Shown here: positions 14,690 to 27,312 of the stretch, one piece after another
Numbering within the stretch: the first letter of the stretch is position 1
Layout: every line of letters starts with the position of its first letter
Made by a program: the position numbers and the translations under genes
Source: Octopus vulgaris
Taxonomy: Eukaryota
Length of the DNA stretch: 64,000 nt
Assembly: GCA_951406725.2 (NCBI GenBank)
Contig: OX597821.1
Span: forward strand, 82,460,001 to 82,524,000
Reading direction: 5' to 3'
Notes under the pieces: generated by a model
Database searches by the model: none
The model's input: the letters and a program-made list of their open reading frames with translations, nothing else
Told to the model about the DNA's origin: nothing

Positions 14690-14892
14690 GTTTCAAATTT
14701 TGGTACAAGGCCAGCAATTTAAGGGAAGGGGTTAAGTCAGTTACCTCAACCCCAGTGTTCAATTGGTACTTTTTTATTGACTCAGAAACGATGAAAGGCA
14801 AGGTCAACCTCAGCAGAACTTGAAGCCAGAACTTAAAAATGGACAAAATGTTACTAAGCATTTTGCTTAGCATGCTAATGATTCTGCCAGCA
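14690..14892 (-). mobile_element. tRNA-derived SINE (family B)
   Basis: Shares the GACTTTGCCTTTCATCCTTTCGGGGTCGATAAA-like central domain with 32152-32358. Confidence 0.75.
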
Positions 14893-14984
14893 ATTTAATG
14901 GGAGAAATAAGTTTAGTAAATTTAGTAAAGCCAGCAATTTAGTGGAAGGAGTAAGTTGGTTACATCAACACATGTGCTCAACTA

Positions 14985-15464
14985 CCGTAAAGCCTCGAGT
15001 ATAGTCCGCCCTTGAGTATAATATGCAGGGGATTTTTAGGGAGCTGTACCTCTGAAAAACCTAAACCTTGTGTATAATACGCACCCCTTCTCTAACTTGA
15101 GTCAAGGAGGTCTATATAACGTCCTTAGTTTGTAAAACTGTATACGATAACATCCTTTATTATTATTGTATATATAACATAATGCAAACGTGTAGCTTTT
15201 TTGTGCATTTTGTTTGCAGAAAACAAAGAAATAGCAGTAATAACGTTTAATAAATGTTGCTAACTGCAAGTTATGGATGATTTAAGGTATTTTCGTGCCC
15301 GACATCACAAAATGCATCTGAATAAACATTGCCAGACAGCAAATAGAGACTCGGACATTGTTTAGAAGATATTTTTCATTTTTAACCTCGTATATAGTAC
15401 GCACTAGGGATTTTGACCTTTAAATTTTGGGGAAAAAATGCGGATTATACTCAAGGATTTATGG
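14985..15464. mobile_element. pogo/Tc2-like MITE inserted in a family B SINE
   Basis: TIRs CCGTAAAGCCTCGAGTATAGTCCGC and (reverse complement) CCATAAATCCTTGAGTATAATCCGC; TA on both sides (14983-84, 15465-66); the SINE resumes after the element. Confidence 0.85.
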
Positions 15465-16153
15465 TAGTACTTTTTCTATCAACCCTGAAAGGATGAGAGG
15501 CAAAGTCAACCTTGACAGAACTTTGAACTCAAAACTTTAAAATGGAGGAAAAGCTGCTAAGCATTTTTCCCAGCAAGCTAACAATTTTACCAGCTTGCTG
15601 CCTATTCCATGTAAACATTACCCCCATTCTGAAGTTTCTGAGAATCACACCCTTACATAACATTTTGTTGGTATGCAGAATGTTTGCTCCAGGTCTTTGT
15701 TGGACTAGTTATGTCTGACAGTTATGAAGTCACATGATTTACAAAACGTTGCTCTCCTCACTTTTGAGTATATGTTTGATTACTCAATGTTGTTGCTATT
15801 GTTCAGCAGGTGTTACGAGATATTATATGACACTCAGAGGTTTTCTGGATTCACCTGAAAACTCTTCTTCCATATTTTCTTCTGAGAGAGATCTTACAAA
15901 TATTTTTTATTTCTTTTGTTTCAGTCATTGAGCTGCAGCTATACGATGGAACCACCTTGGAATGCTTAGTCAAACAAATCAACTTAGTACTTACTGTTTG
16001 TTTCTTTTTTATTCCATTGATCTCTTTTGCCAAGCCATAAAGCTATGAGGATATAAATAAACAAACACTGTTTGTCAGGCAATGGGAGGAATAAACCCAG
16101 GCACAAAAATACACACATATTTACATACATACATACATACATACATATACATA

Positions 16154-17310
16154 TCATCATCACCATCATCGTCGTTTAATGTCCGTTTTCCATGCTGGCA
16201 TGGGTTAGATGGTTTGACTAAGGTCTGGAGAGCCAGCGGCTGCACCAGGCTCCAATCTGATCTTGCAATGTTTCTACAGCTGGATGCCCTTCCTAATGCC
16301 ATCCGCTCTGAGGGTGTAGTGGGTGCTTTTTATGCCACCGGCACAGGAGCCATTCAGGTGGGCCTGGCATTGGTCATGTTTGGACAGTGCTTTTTATGTG
16401 CCATCAGCACGAGAGCCAGTCAGGGGGTACCGGCATCAGCCTTGCTTGGCTGGTGCTTTTTACATGCCACCGGCACGGGGAGCTAGTCAGGAAGACCTGG
16501 CATCGACCACATTCGGATGGTGCTTTTTATGTGCCACTAGCATGGGAGCCAGTCAGAAGGCACTAGCCACAGCTATGATATTGGTTTTACTTGACTCAAA
16601 AGGTCTTCTCAAGCATATCATATCTTAACTGGGTCGGACATGCGTGGCTGAAATCTCACTTTCGTTTCCGGGTATTCTCAATCAAAGCATATCTCCAAAG
16701 GTCTCAATCTCCTGTCATTGCCTCTGTTGAGGCCCAACGTTTGAAGGTCATGCTTCACCACCTCATCCCAGGTCTTCCTGGGTCTACTTCTTCCACAGGT
16801 TCCTTCCACAGTTAGGGAGTGGCACTTCCTCATGCAGCTGTCCTCATCCATATGTAACACTTGATCATACCAGTGCAGTCGTCTCTCTTGCACACCACAT
16901 CTGATGATTCTTATGCCCAACTTTGCTCTCAGCGTGCTTACACTCTGTTGTGTATGCACACTGACATTACACATCCAGCAGATCATACAAGCTTCATTTC
17001 TTTCAAGCCTATGCATGTTCTCTGCAGTCATGGCCCATGTTTCATTGCCATGTAGCATGGCAGTTTGCACACATTGCATCATAGTTTACCTTTCATCCTG
17101 AGTGAGAGGCCCTTAATTGCCAGCAGAGGTCGGAGCTCTCTGAACTTTGCCTAGGCTATTCTTATTCTAGCTGCTACACTCTCAGAACAACCAACCTAAC
17201 TACAGACTTGACTGCCTAGGTAGTGGAAGCTATTAACTACTTCTAGTTTCTCCCCCTGGCATGTGATGGAATCTGTTTTCTGTACATCTTCAGTATTTAT
17301 TACCCGTGTG
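16154..17310 (-). mobile_element. 5'-truncated RTE LINE (RT C-terminus plus 3' UTR)
   Basis: ORF 16678-17082 TAMLHGNETW...RRLHWY...RPRKTWDEVVKHDL; (CAT)n tail. Confidence 0.9.
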
Positions 17311-17501
17311 TCTGTCTTTGTCCCCCCAACATCACTTGACAAACAATGGTGATGTGTTTACATCCTCGTCACTTAGCTGTTTGGCAAAAGAGATCGATAG
17401 AATAAGTACTAGGCTTCCAAAGAATAAGTCCTGGAGTTGATTTACTCGACTAAAAGGCGATGCTCCAGCATGGTCGCAGTCAAATGACTGAAAAGAGTAA
17501 A

Positions 17502-17539
<38 letters not shown>

Positions 17540-17542
<3 letters not shown>

Positions 17543-17735
17543 GTCAATACCTAGAAACTGCAGTCTGTGCGTATCACTTAGGTTGACGAGGGAAGGATGA
17601 CCTCCCTTTGCAAATACCATAAGGGCACAGAAAGTGTGCCTAAAGCCAGCTGGAGACGATGTTCTCCTGGGGCTAAAAGCTACAGTAACACCCACCCTTA
17701 GTGGTTAGCCATATTGAGATGGCAAGTATACCTCA
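17540..17735 (+). mobile_element. Penelope-like pLTR fragment related to 38270-38460, with only the 3' half of a hammerhead
   Basis: Colinear similarity to the right arm of the 37957-38507 element; AGGT-CAAT-ACCT-A-GAAAC-TGCA-GTC but the CUGA half is lost. Confidence 0.7.
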
Positions 17736-17747
17736 CATATATATATA

Positions 17748-17793
<46 letters not shown>

Positions 17794-18469
17794 TACATAA
17801 ACACACACACATCCACATGTATGCACAAGCTTTTACACAGTTTCCATTTACCAGATTCCCTCACAAAGTACTGATTGATTCAGGGCAATAGAAGACATTT
17901 GCCCAAGATGTGCAGTGAGATTGAATCCAAAACCATATGGTTGCAAGGTCAACTACTTAACCACACAGCCATGTTTGTGCCTAAATGACTTTCTCTGTGA
18001 AAATTTGTGATTGGTATTAAGATTTTATGGATTTTAATATAGTTAGGGTAATTTTTTTTAAATAGGGTTTTTGTCTTGTAAAAAGAAAACCCAAATTCTC
18101 ATATTTTTCTCAAGTCTGGCAAATTATTCTTCTGTCTTTCTACTTTTGTATTACCTTTGTATGGAACATTTCTGTCACTATGTAGACATTCACAGCACTC
18201 ATTGTGTTGAATATGAGAGGCAGATAGACCATTGATGTGAATGGTTTTGGTTTGTGAAGTAATTTATATGATCATTTCTTCAGGTCAATTCCTATATCAG
18301 CTGAAAAAACCATATTAAATCAAGGTTTTTCTCAGCAATGTATATATATTCAGCATAGATCTTTGTATCAGCCAACAAAGAAATTATGAGTTACATTAGT
18401 GGTACTTACTGCTGTAGACTTTAGCATGTATAAGTATTACAGATTGACAGCGAGTTTAGTAGCAAACCA

Positions 18470-18700
18470 AACAAAGCTAAAGCCATTGTCTCCTTGGAAT
18501 ATTCCTTTCAAAAGATTTATAACATCAGACATAATTGTTCTACTTTCCATTCCAAAAGTAAAGGATTGTTGACAAAGTCTTTGTGAGCTTTTAGTTGGTA
18601 GCAACAAGACAGCAGATATTTTTTTTGCAAAATACAATGATTCCAGCTGCCATGGGTGGGAAATAACATTAAATGACTCTTTCGATGTAAAACAAGTCAT
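18470..18700 (-). mobile_element. Degenerate non-LTR reverse transcriptase fragment (distinct from the RTE and CR1 copies)
   Basis: Translation SKESFNVISHPWQLESL...SDVINLLKGIFQGD resembles the RT motifs KAFDSVPH.W..L and GIFQGD. Confidence 0.55.
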
Positions 18701-19349
18701 ACTGTCACAAGGTTTCTCTTGTGTTGTTTTAGTTGTTGTTGCTGTTGTTTTTTTAACTTCAGACAACAGAGCTTTATTAATTAGAAGTTTTTAGCTTGTC
18801 ACATACACCCTTCTTCCTCCACCCACTTGCTTATCAGCTGCTAACCATCTTGGCTACACAATGGTCTTGAAATTTGTTGAGACAGTTTGTGCAAAGCTTA
18901 CATACATAATGTACATAATATTTGTATATGTTTACATAGAACTATCAGTATGTATGATAGTATACATACGTATATCAGTGTGCATGCACGTGTGTGTGTG
19001 TGTATATTTTCTTCATTTTTGTATTATTGGCACAATGACCCTACCTACATACAGCAAGATATGTGTGTGTATAAGTGTATGTATATAAATATACATACAT
19101 GTGTGTGTGTGTAGAGAGAGAGAGAGAGACAGACAGACAGAGAGACAGACAGAGACTGGGACAGAAAGAGAGAGAGATGTATATTTGTATATAGATATGT
19201 CTGTGTGTAAAAGAAGGAAAGTGTGTGTGTGTGTGTGGTGTGTGTGTGTGTGTGTGTGTGCGTGTGTGTGTGTGTGTGTGTGAGTGTATATGTGTATGGA
19301 GAGATGTAAAACTGTATTGTGTATATCTGTGTGTATATTAAAATATCTA

Positions 19350-19381
<32 letters not shown>

Positions 19382-20076
19382 GGTAGATAGGTAGGTTACT
19401 AGTTCAGAAAGAGTGGGAATCACTTGAGTTACAGTGTAAGCAAAAATATAGAGATGAGAGCAGACTCTAAATGAAAACTGTTTCAGGACAGAAGACTCTC
19501 CAGCAGATTGATTAAAATTCACTCCCCAGGCATTTCATGAATAATAAAATCATTTCCTATAGATTTCCAATCAGCTAATAATGGGTTCACTGCATTTTAG
19601 ACAATGAGAGAGACAAGGGAGTTTCTGTACAACTCCCTGCAGAACAAATACCACAAGGTCGTTTTGCTCAAATGCATCGGTTTATTGATTTAAAGCCAAC
19701 AGTTGATTTACATTGGTGAAAGTTACACATACAACACACATACATACATATGTGGCTAAGAAGTTCCTTTTGGGAACAAGAGTTTTCAGATTCAATCTCA
19801 ATGTGCTGTACTTTAAGCAAGTGTCTATTTATTTTATATACATAAAATCATCATCATCGTTTAACATCCACTTTCACATGCTTGCCTGGGTCAGAGGGAA
19901 TTTATTGAAATAAATTTTTCTACAGCTGGATGCCCTTCCTGTCACCTTCTAAACAAGGTAATATTTGCCCATGCCTAGACATGTTTTTCACAGAAGACAT
20001 GTATGATGATGATCCTCATTTAGAACCATCACATGATATCTAAACAAGGGTACACACAAATACACACATACATATA

Positions 20077-20530
20077 CAGAGTGTGAAGGGTATTTGAGGA
20101 CAGTTTTGGTATTCGATAAAACAACTATATTTCAGCATAAATAAATATGTATTTGAATAAACATTTGTGTAATTAGTCTTGATAATGATTTTTTTAAGTA
20201 AATTATTCTATGAAATAGAATAATTCATTTCGGACATCACCTGGACAATGGCAACCTTCAGTGAAGCTTTGGTATTATGAGGATGACGATTAGTCTCCCT
20301 TTCGTGTAGTAGTTCATAGGGTCCAAATCTAATGAGTTTGGAGGACACATATTGGGTGTTACATAATCATAAAGATTGTCTGACAATAATCCAAAATGGA
20401 AGTCCTCAAAGGAATTCAATACATACAAAGAGTCTTACGGCCGTTTCCAGGAATGTGCAAAGAAGTGTGTAGGTAAGACCTTTTGAACTTCATTAATCCA
20501 CATTTCCTTCATCAGAGAATATGTACGGAT
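20077..20530 (-). mobile_element. Tc1/mariner-superfamily transposon relic (3' end)
   Basis: Minus strand encodes a degenerate PPNS.DL.PM.YY motif and ETNRHPHNTKASLKVAI; terminal sequence matches that of 48295-48776; TA flank. Confidence 0.75.
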
Positions 20531-20856
20531 TTGGAATTTTTAATATACAGTAATATACTTACTGTATATTCTTAAACATATTTTTACAATCCCATGAAAA
20601 TATGGGATTTCTTAATCTATCTGTACGTATTTATGCAATTACCTATCTAACTTTGATTTGGGCATGAAATTACACGACTATATGCGTTTTCATGCTTATA
20701 ATGGCTTATATATGACCTCTTTGTTTAGATACATGTTGGCTTTGATGAGGAGTATTATCAACCTTGGAACTTGTCTCTTTCAAATCAATACTTTAATCTA
20801 ATCGCTCAACACTTGTTTCTTGAAATGAGTTCACCTCTATAATTTTTCATTACCTA

Positions 20857-20887
<31 letters not shown>

Positions 20888-20907
20888 TAAATTTATTATA
20901 TAGAAGG

Positions 20908-20958
20908 AGCTTCTACAGGACTAGTACTGTTTCATTCAAGAGAAATCTTCAGGAAGCT
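20908..20958 (-). ncRNA. Type I hammerhead ribozyme motif (Penelope-like element associated)
   Basis: Minus strand AGCUUC-CUGAAGA-UUUC UCUU GAAU-GAAA-CAG UACUAGUC CUG-UA-GAAGCU: perfect 6-bp stem I, intact core, 4-bp stem III, GUA cleavage triplet. Confidence 0.8.
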
Positions 20959-21104
20959 ATTTAACAAGAATTGTATTAGCATTTATACATTTAGGCAGGT
21001 TTAAAGGAGTGGTGGTGGGGGACTTTTTTGGGGGTAGGCATAGCGCAAAATATCATACTTGGGGGAGTGGTCAAGGAGTCAGTGGTAAGTTAGATGAAAG
21101 AATA

Positions 21105-21255
21105 GATAAATAAAAAAATAAAATAATAAAATAAAAAAATAAAAAAATAAAAAAATAAAAAAATAAAATAAAAAAATAAAAAAATAAAAAAATAAAAAAA
21201 TAAAAAATATATATAAAAAATATATATATAAAAAAATATATATATAAAAAAAAAA
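21105..21255. repeat. A-rich (AAAAT/AAAAAAAT)n low-complexity tract
   Basis: Directly visible. Confidence 0.9.
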
Positions 21256-21341
21256 GGGGGGATAGAGTTATAGGTAAATAAGGAGATTCTCACTTGTACC
21301 TATACACACATGTATACGTATCTACACACATATATATACTC

Positions 21342-21374
<33 letters not shown>

Positions 21375-21676
21375 TATACACACATATACATACATATCTA
21401 CATACACACATACATACACCCGCCCACATATACAAATTTATACACATGCACATGCATATACCTGTCTACACATACACACACGTATATATGCATACACTCA
21501 CTCCCATGCATGCACGCATACACACATGTATATATATACACACGACCACACATACATATATACACAGAAAAATATATATTCATACGCACATACACTCATG
21601 CACACACAACACACCTAGTTCCCTATATACACGTATTTACACCTATATATACATACACCCACATACACATATGTAC

Positions 21677-21711
<35 letters not shown>

Positions 21712-21816
21712 CATATACACGCATACATATATATACATGTGTGCACATACATACATATACACATATACATACACACACACATACACATGTGTACCTATAC
21801 ATACCTACACATACAC

Positions 21817-21863
<47 letters not shown>

Positions 21864-22330
21864 CCAATACAGGCCCATTCCCTAATTTTAATTTTATTAT
21901 CTTCATTTATTACTTTTGTTATCTTTGATCGCTAGAGCTAAGGATCCTGGCTATGGCAGCATGTCCATTTGTCTGTCTACTAGAAGGCAAGTACTCATTC
22001 CCGACCGCACACTCATTAGCACGTACATTCACCCATTCGTACACTCATACACATACACGTACGCACGCGTTATATTCATACATACAAACATCTACATACG
22101 TTCACGTATATACACATACGTACTCGTACCTACAGATTCGTGTCTACACTTTAGGAGGCTAGTCTATACATATATATATACATATATATATATACATATA
22201 TATATATACGTATATATATCTATACGTATATATATCAGGGAACACTTTATTGCATTAAGTTACATTCAACAATATATATATATAGAGAGAGACACACACA
22301 CATACATATACTTGTATATATGTGTATTTA

Positions 22331-22371
<41 letters not shown>

Positions 22372-22516
22372 ATATATATATATACATGTATGTACATAGG
22401 TATATGTATATATGTGTATATATATGTATATATATATATATGTATATATATGTATATATATATACACATATATATATACATATATATACACATATATACA
22501 TATACATATGTACATA

Positions 22517-22833
22517 CATCATCATCATCGTTTAACGTCCGTTCTCCATGCTAGCATGGGTTGGACGGTTCGACCGGGGATCTGGGAAGCCAGAAGGCTG
22601 CACCAGGCTCCGGTCTTATCTGGCAATGTTTCTACAGCTGGATGCCCTTCCTAATGCCAACCACTCCGTGAGTGTAGTGGGTGCTTTTTACGTGCCACCT
22701 GCACTGGTGCCAGGTGAGGCTGGCATCGGCCACGGTCAGATTGGTGCATTTTACATGCCACCGGCACGGAAGCCAGTCGAGGCGGCACTGGCTTCGGCCA
22801 TGATTCGGATGGTGTTTTTTATGTGCCAACGCA
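22517..22833 (-). mobile_element. RTE LINE 3' end (young, very similar to 44690-45000)
   Basis: Near-identical to the 3' UTR of the RT-bearing copy; lies between the arms of the 22234/22994 inverted repeat. Confidence 0.85.
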
Positions 22834-22834
22834 C

Positions 22835-22873
<39 letters not shown>

Positions 22874-22901
22874 TATATACACATATATACAAGTATATGT
22901 A

Positions 22902-22955
<54 letters not shown>

Positions 22956-22983
22956 TTGTTGAATGTAACTTAATGCAATAAAG

Positions 22984-23080
22984 TGTTCCCTGATGATCTG
23001 TTGGGGTTGAGTATCTAAATGCACTTGGGACACCTAAATTAGGGCTCAAACAACCTAAAGGAGAAATGCGCTCAGGAAAC
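22984..23080 (+). ncRNA. Degenerate hammerhead motif with extended stem II
   Basis: CTGATGA 22990-22996, stem II closed by TCT/GGA with inner TTGAG/CTCAA, GAAA 23063-66, then TGCGCTC and AGGAAAC pairing with upstream GTTCC; stems I and III imperfect. Confidence 0.5.
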
Positions 23081-23360
23081 TTGCGTTTATCCTTATTTCT
23101 CATAGATATATACATATATTTATATTTATACACACCAACACACACAGATATGTTTGTGTGTGTGTGTGTGTACATACGTTTTTTATGTACTGAGACTACC
23201 ATTAGTTTCATGTTAAGGAAATATCTTAATATCTTAACAATTTTTCAATTTTTATTAAGATGTTTTCTTAACATGACACCAATGGTAGCCTTAATACCCA
23301 AAAAAAATCTTTCTCTACTGATGTGGCATGAACATTCATTCTCACTGTTCAACATTTACA

Positions 23361-23411
<51 letters not shown>

Positions 23412-23740
23412 ATATATAAACACTTGAATTCATTAAAAAATGTTTAACACTTTTGATATTTTTCTATTCAAGCCTGATTAATATGATATGTGCATACCTG
23501 GATATGGATATTTACATATTGATTGATTATGATGATGCAAGTACTCTGTTTTCTCTCTCCAAAATGTTTTTCTTCATTTTTAATCGAGATTCTGGTTCAT
23601 CAAACCATCTCCAAATCGTTTATTAATTTTATTTTGAATTGTTACCATTGATTGATTTTATGATTGTTCAATAGTGTTTACTTCTCTTCAACGTAGACAG
23701 AGTACTAATTAATTATTGTGAAGGCCTCATTAAGTACATT

Positions 23741-23776
<36 letters not shown>

Positions 23777-23885
23777 TATACACACACACACACACACACA
23801 TACACATGTATATAAGCATTTATGTATACATATATATGTGTGTGTGTGCATGTGTATATATATATAATATATATAATATACTATA

Positions 23886-24345
23886 ATTGACCTCCTGGAA
23901 TCTGTTCAGAGATGTGCAACCAAACGCATACCCTCCATCAGACACCTACCATACTCTGAGCGCCTTGTTTCCCTGGGCATTAATTCACTGAAGCTCCGGC
24001 GTCTGGCGATGGACTTGGTAAACACCCACAAAGTTATCAACCACCTCACCAACAACAACACTGAATACCTTTTTGATCTCCATGTGTCTAACACACGTGG
24101 ACATGCCTACAAAGTCAGAAAACAACACAGCTCCCATGACTTTCGGAAACATTTTTTCACGCTCAGAGTTGCTGTAGCATGGAACAAACTGCCTGCGTCA
24201 GTTGTTGACTGCTATGACACTGCATCCTTTAAGGCCCTCATGCTTTCCGAAATCCGCCGAAACTACACCTGATTATATATACACTTTAGATGAGTTGTAG
24301 TGCACCTGAGCACTGTACACAATGTTTTTATTATATTATATGATA
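23886..24345 (+). mobile_element. CR1-clade LINE 3' end, second copy
   Basis: Highly similar to 13044-13500, including NTRGHAYKVRK...WNKLP. Confidence 0.9.
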
Positions 24346-24384
24346 ATATAATATGAAATATATGTATTCTTTCTTTCTTTCTTC

Positions 24385-24770
24385 TTTTACTTGTTTCAGT
24401 CATTTGACTGTGGCCATGCTGGAGCACCGCCTTTAGTCGAACAAATCAACCCCAGGACTTATTCTTTTTTAGCCTAGTACTTATTCTATCAATCTCTTTT
24501 GCCGAACTGTTAAGTTACAGGGATGTAAACACACCAGCATCGGTTGTCAAGCGATATTGCGGGGAGAAACACACGCACACACATACACACACACACACAT
24601 ATATATATATATGACAGGCTTCTTTCAGTTTCTGTCTCCCAAATCCACTCACAAGGCTTTGGTCAGCCTGAGGCTATAGTAAAAGACACTTGCCCAAGGT
24701 GCCATGCTGTGAGACTGAACCCAGAATTATGTTGCTGGTAAGTAAGCTACTTACCACACAGCCACTCCTA
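24385..24770 (-). mobile_element. Full-length tRNA-derived SINE (family A) with central microsatellite
   Basis: Minus strand head GGAGTGGCTGTGTGGTAAG...GGGTTCAGTC (A/B boxes), CORE-like GGCACCTTGGGCAAGT, internal (TG)n, tail GACTGAAACAAGTAAAAG. Confidence 0.85.
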
Positions 24771-24772
24771 CT

Positions 24773-25007
24773 ATGTATAAGTATGCATGTATAAGTATGC
24801 ATGTATGTATGTATGTATGTATGTATGTATGTATGTATGTATGTATGTATGTATGTATGCACGCATGTATGTATGCACGAATGTATGTATACATGTATGT
24901 ATGCACGCATGTATGTATGCATGCATGCATGTATGTATGTATGTATGTATGTATGTATGTATGTATGCATGCATGCATGTATGTATGTATGTATGTATGT
25001 ATGTATG
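24773..25007. repeat. (ATGT)n/(ATGC)n microsatellite
   Basis: Directly visible. Confidence 0.95.
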
Positions 25008-25026
25008 CGTTGATATATATCATATA

Positions 25027-25351
25027 TTGTGCCGAATCAAAAGTTTTGCAATATTTTAGTAACATATTTGCATCATATATCAAGTTACATTAAAAGTAAC
25101 CAAGCATTCAAAGTAGAGGCCATTCTATTGCACCATCTGAAGCCACCTTTCTGTGAGTTCTTTGATCCCATGCTGATATCAATTCTTGTCCTTCAAAGTT
25201 AAGAACTCCTTCACTGTAGATTCCACCTTCTCTTAGTTGATGAAGCATCGTGAGCACGGAAAGTGAGTCATGGATATAAACAACTGATAATCTGAAGGTG
25301 CTTGGAAAAAATAAGTTACCAAAAGATTGCAAAATGTTTGGCTCAGCACTA
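25027..25351. mobile_element. Tc1-like non-autonomous element (MITE)
   Basis: Imperfect about 39-bp TIRs (TTGTGCCGAATCAAAAGTTTTGCAATATTTTAGTAAC vs reverse complement TAGTGCTGAGCCAAACATTTTGCAATCTTTTGGTAAC), TA flanks. Confidence 0.7.
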
Positions 25352-25456
25352 TATATATTCCTATATACATACATACATGCTGACCAACCCATGCCAGCAT
25401 AGAAAACAGACCATTAACTATTGATGATGTTGATGATGATATGTATATATATATAC

Positions 25457-25508
<52 letters not shown>

Positions 25509-25823
25509 TGGCCTGCCCGCTTAGCCAGCGGGATGGCGTCATTTGAAGGCTAAAACAATGCGAAGCGCATTGTGACCAGCGATGTATAGCAGCATCTGAT
25601 AGCCTGGTCGGAAAAAAGAAAAAATATATATATATATATATATATATATCGTTAGCCACTACACACATTTTTTTCTTTCCTTGTTTTTTCTGTATCCCTT
25701 TCGGTAGAAGAGCGTAGGCTCAAAACGTAAAAGACTTTTTCTATTCCTGTGAGTTATACTAATACATCTGTTTGTTTTGTACACCACCTGTCTTCGTTTT
25801 TTTCATAAATATATATATATACA

Positions 25824-26693
25824 CAGTGTGCAATGGGTCAATTGTTCCCATTTTATATTTTTAATTTTGTGCATGAGCATTGTTTGTTTTTAATTTTGTT
25901 GACTACACAGTATAGTAGGGTTAGTTGGGCACCATCTGTGAGAGAAACAATACCATGATGCAATTCACTCTGCCTAAAATTTGGAAACAAGCTATACTGC
26001 TTGGCATTCATTCTAGAAGCTCCATTATGAACATTTCAAAGTGTTTTGAGGACAGTGCAATCTGAGGACATGTACCAAGAATGATAAAAATCAAACATTC
26101 AGTCAACATCATAATGTTTGGAGTGACCACTAGTGATGGTGACGTTAAGCCTCCATTCATCTTCCCAGATGGCCTCAGACTTAACATGGAAGCCTACATC
26201 AAGTGCCTGGAGGAGGTTGTGCTGCCTTGTGTCAAGAGGGTGGTTGCTGGAAGACCCTGTGTTTGGTAACAAGACTCTGCACCATGCCACAAAAGCAGGA
26301 AAACCTAGTCATGGCTGTCCGACAACTTCTGCAACCACATCGCCTCTAACATCTGGCCATCTAACTTCCCACACTGCAACCCACTTGATTATTATGGGGA
26401 GGGCAGTTGAGCGAGACACCAACAAAACTTGTAACACCAAAGATGAACTGAAGGCAAAGATTATGGCAGCATTCACCAACTTAAACAAGGAGACTGTCCA
26501 GAAGAGTTGCAGGAGATTCCAAGGTCGTCTGGAGGCCGTGGCTGAAGCCAATGGCGATTTTATTGAATAAATTTACTCTTTAGTATTTCAAAATATTTTA
26601 ATGTAATTTTGGTAAATATTTCTGTTAAAATGAGATGTCAGTGTTATTTTCGTTTTTGCTTGATTTAGACGACAGTTTATTCACCGCACTCTG
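25824..26693 (+). mobile_element. Internally deleted DD37D (maT-type) Tc1/mariner transposon, pseudogenised transposase
   Basis: W*QDSAPCH...WPSNFPHCNPLDYY has 37 residues between the second and third catalytic Asp; C-terminal RRFQGRLEAV.EANG.FIE; in-frame stops; degenerate TIRs. Confidence 0.85.
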
Positions 26694-26701
26694 TAAATAT
26701 G

Positions 26702-26742
<41 letters not shown>

Positions 26743-27079
26743 GCACAACATCATCATCACTGTCATTGTTTTAATGGTCACTTTTCCATGTTTGTATAGG
26801 TTGAATGGAATTTGCTGAGGCAGATTTTCTATGGCCAGATGCCCATCTTGTCAGCAACCCTCCACCTGTTTCCAAATAAGGTAATATTTCCTCGTGGTCA
26901 GACATGTTTTCATGGAAGACTGGAAACATAGAACATTATTTATGTAACAGTGACACTCATTTGCAACTATTGTGTGATGTCAAGACAAGACACACACACA
27001 CATGCATGTACGCAAGCACGTGCACACACACACGTGCACAGGCACACACTCACACACACACACATGATGGACTTCAGTA

Positions 27080-27312
27080 TCTTATTTCTTTACTGCCCAC
27101 AAAGGGCTACACACAGAGGGGGCAAACAAGGACAGACAAAAAGATTAAGTGGATTACATCGACCCCAGTGCATAACTAGTACTTAACTTATCGACCCCGA
27201 AAGGATGAAAGGCCAAGTTGACTTCGGCAGAATTTGAACTCAGAACGTAACGGCAGACGAAATACTGCTAAGCATTTTGACCAGCATGCTAACAATTCTG
27301 CCAGCTTGCCAC
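27080..27312 (-). mobile_element. Family B SINE, alternative-tail subtype
   Basis: Same head and body as 32152-32358 but 3' tail ...CCCTTTGTGGGCAGTAAAGAAATAAG. Confidence 0.8.

Noticed and set aside
25686-25735. Hammerhead-like remnant (GAGC-GTAG-GCTC-AAAACGTA)
   Set aside because: Both core segments are mutated (no CUGA, no GAAA); at most a dead relic.
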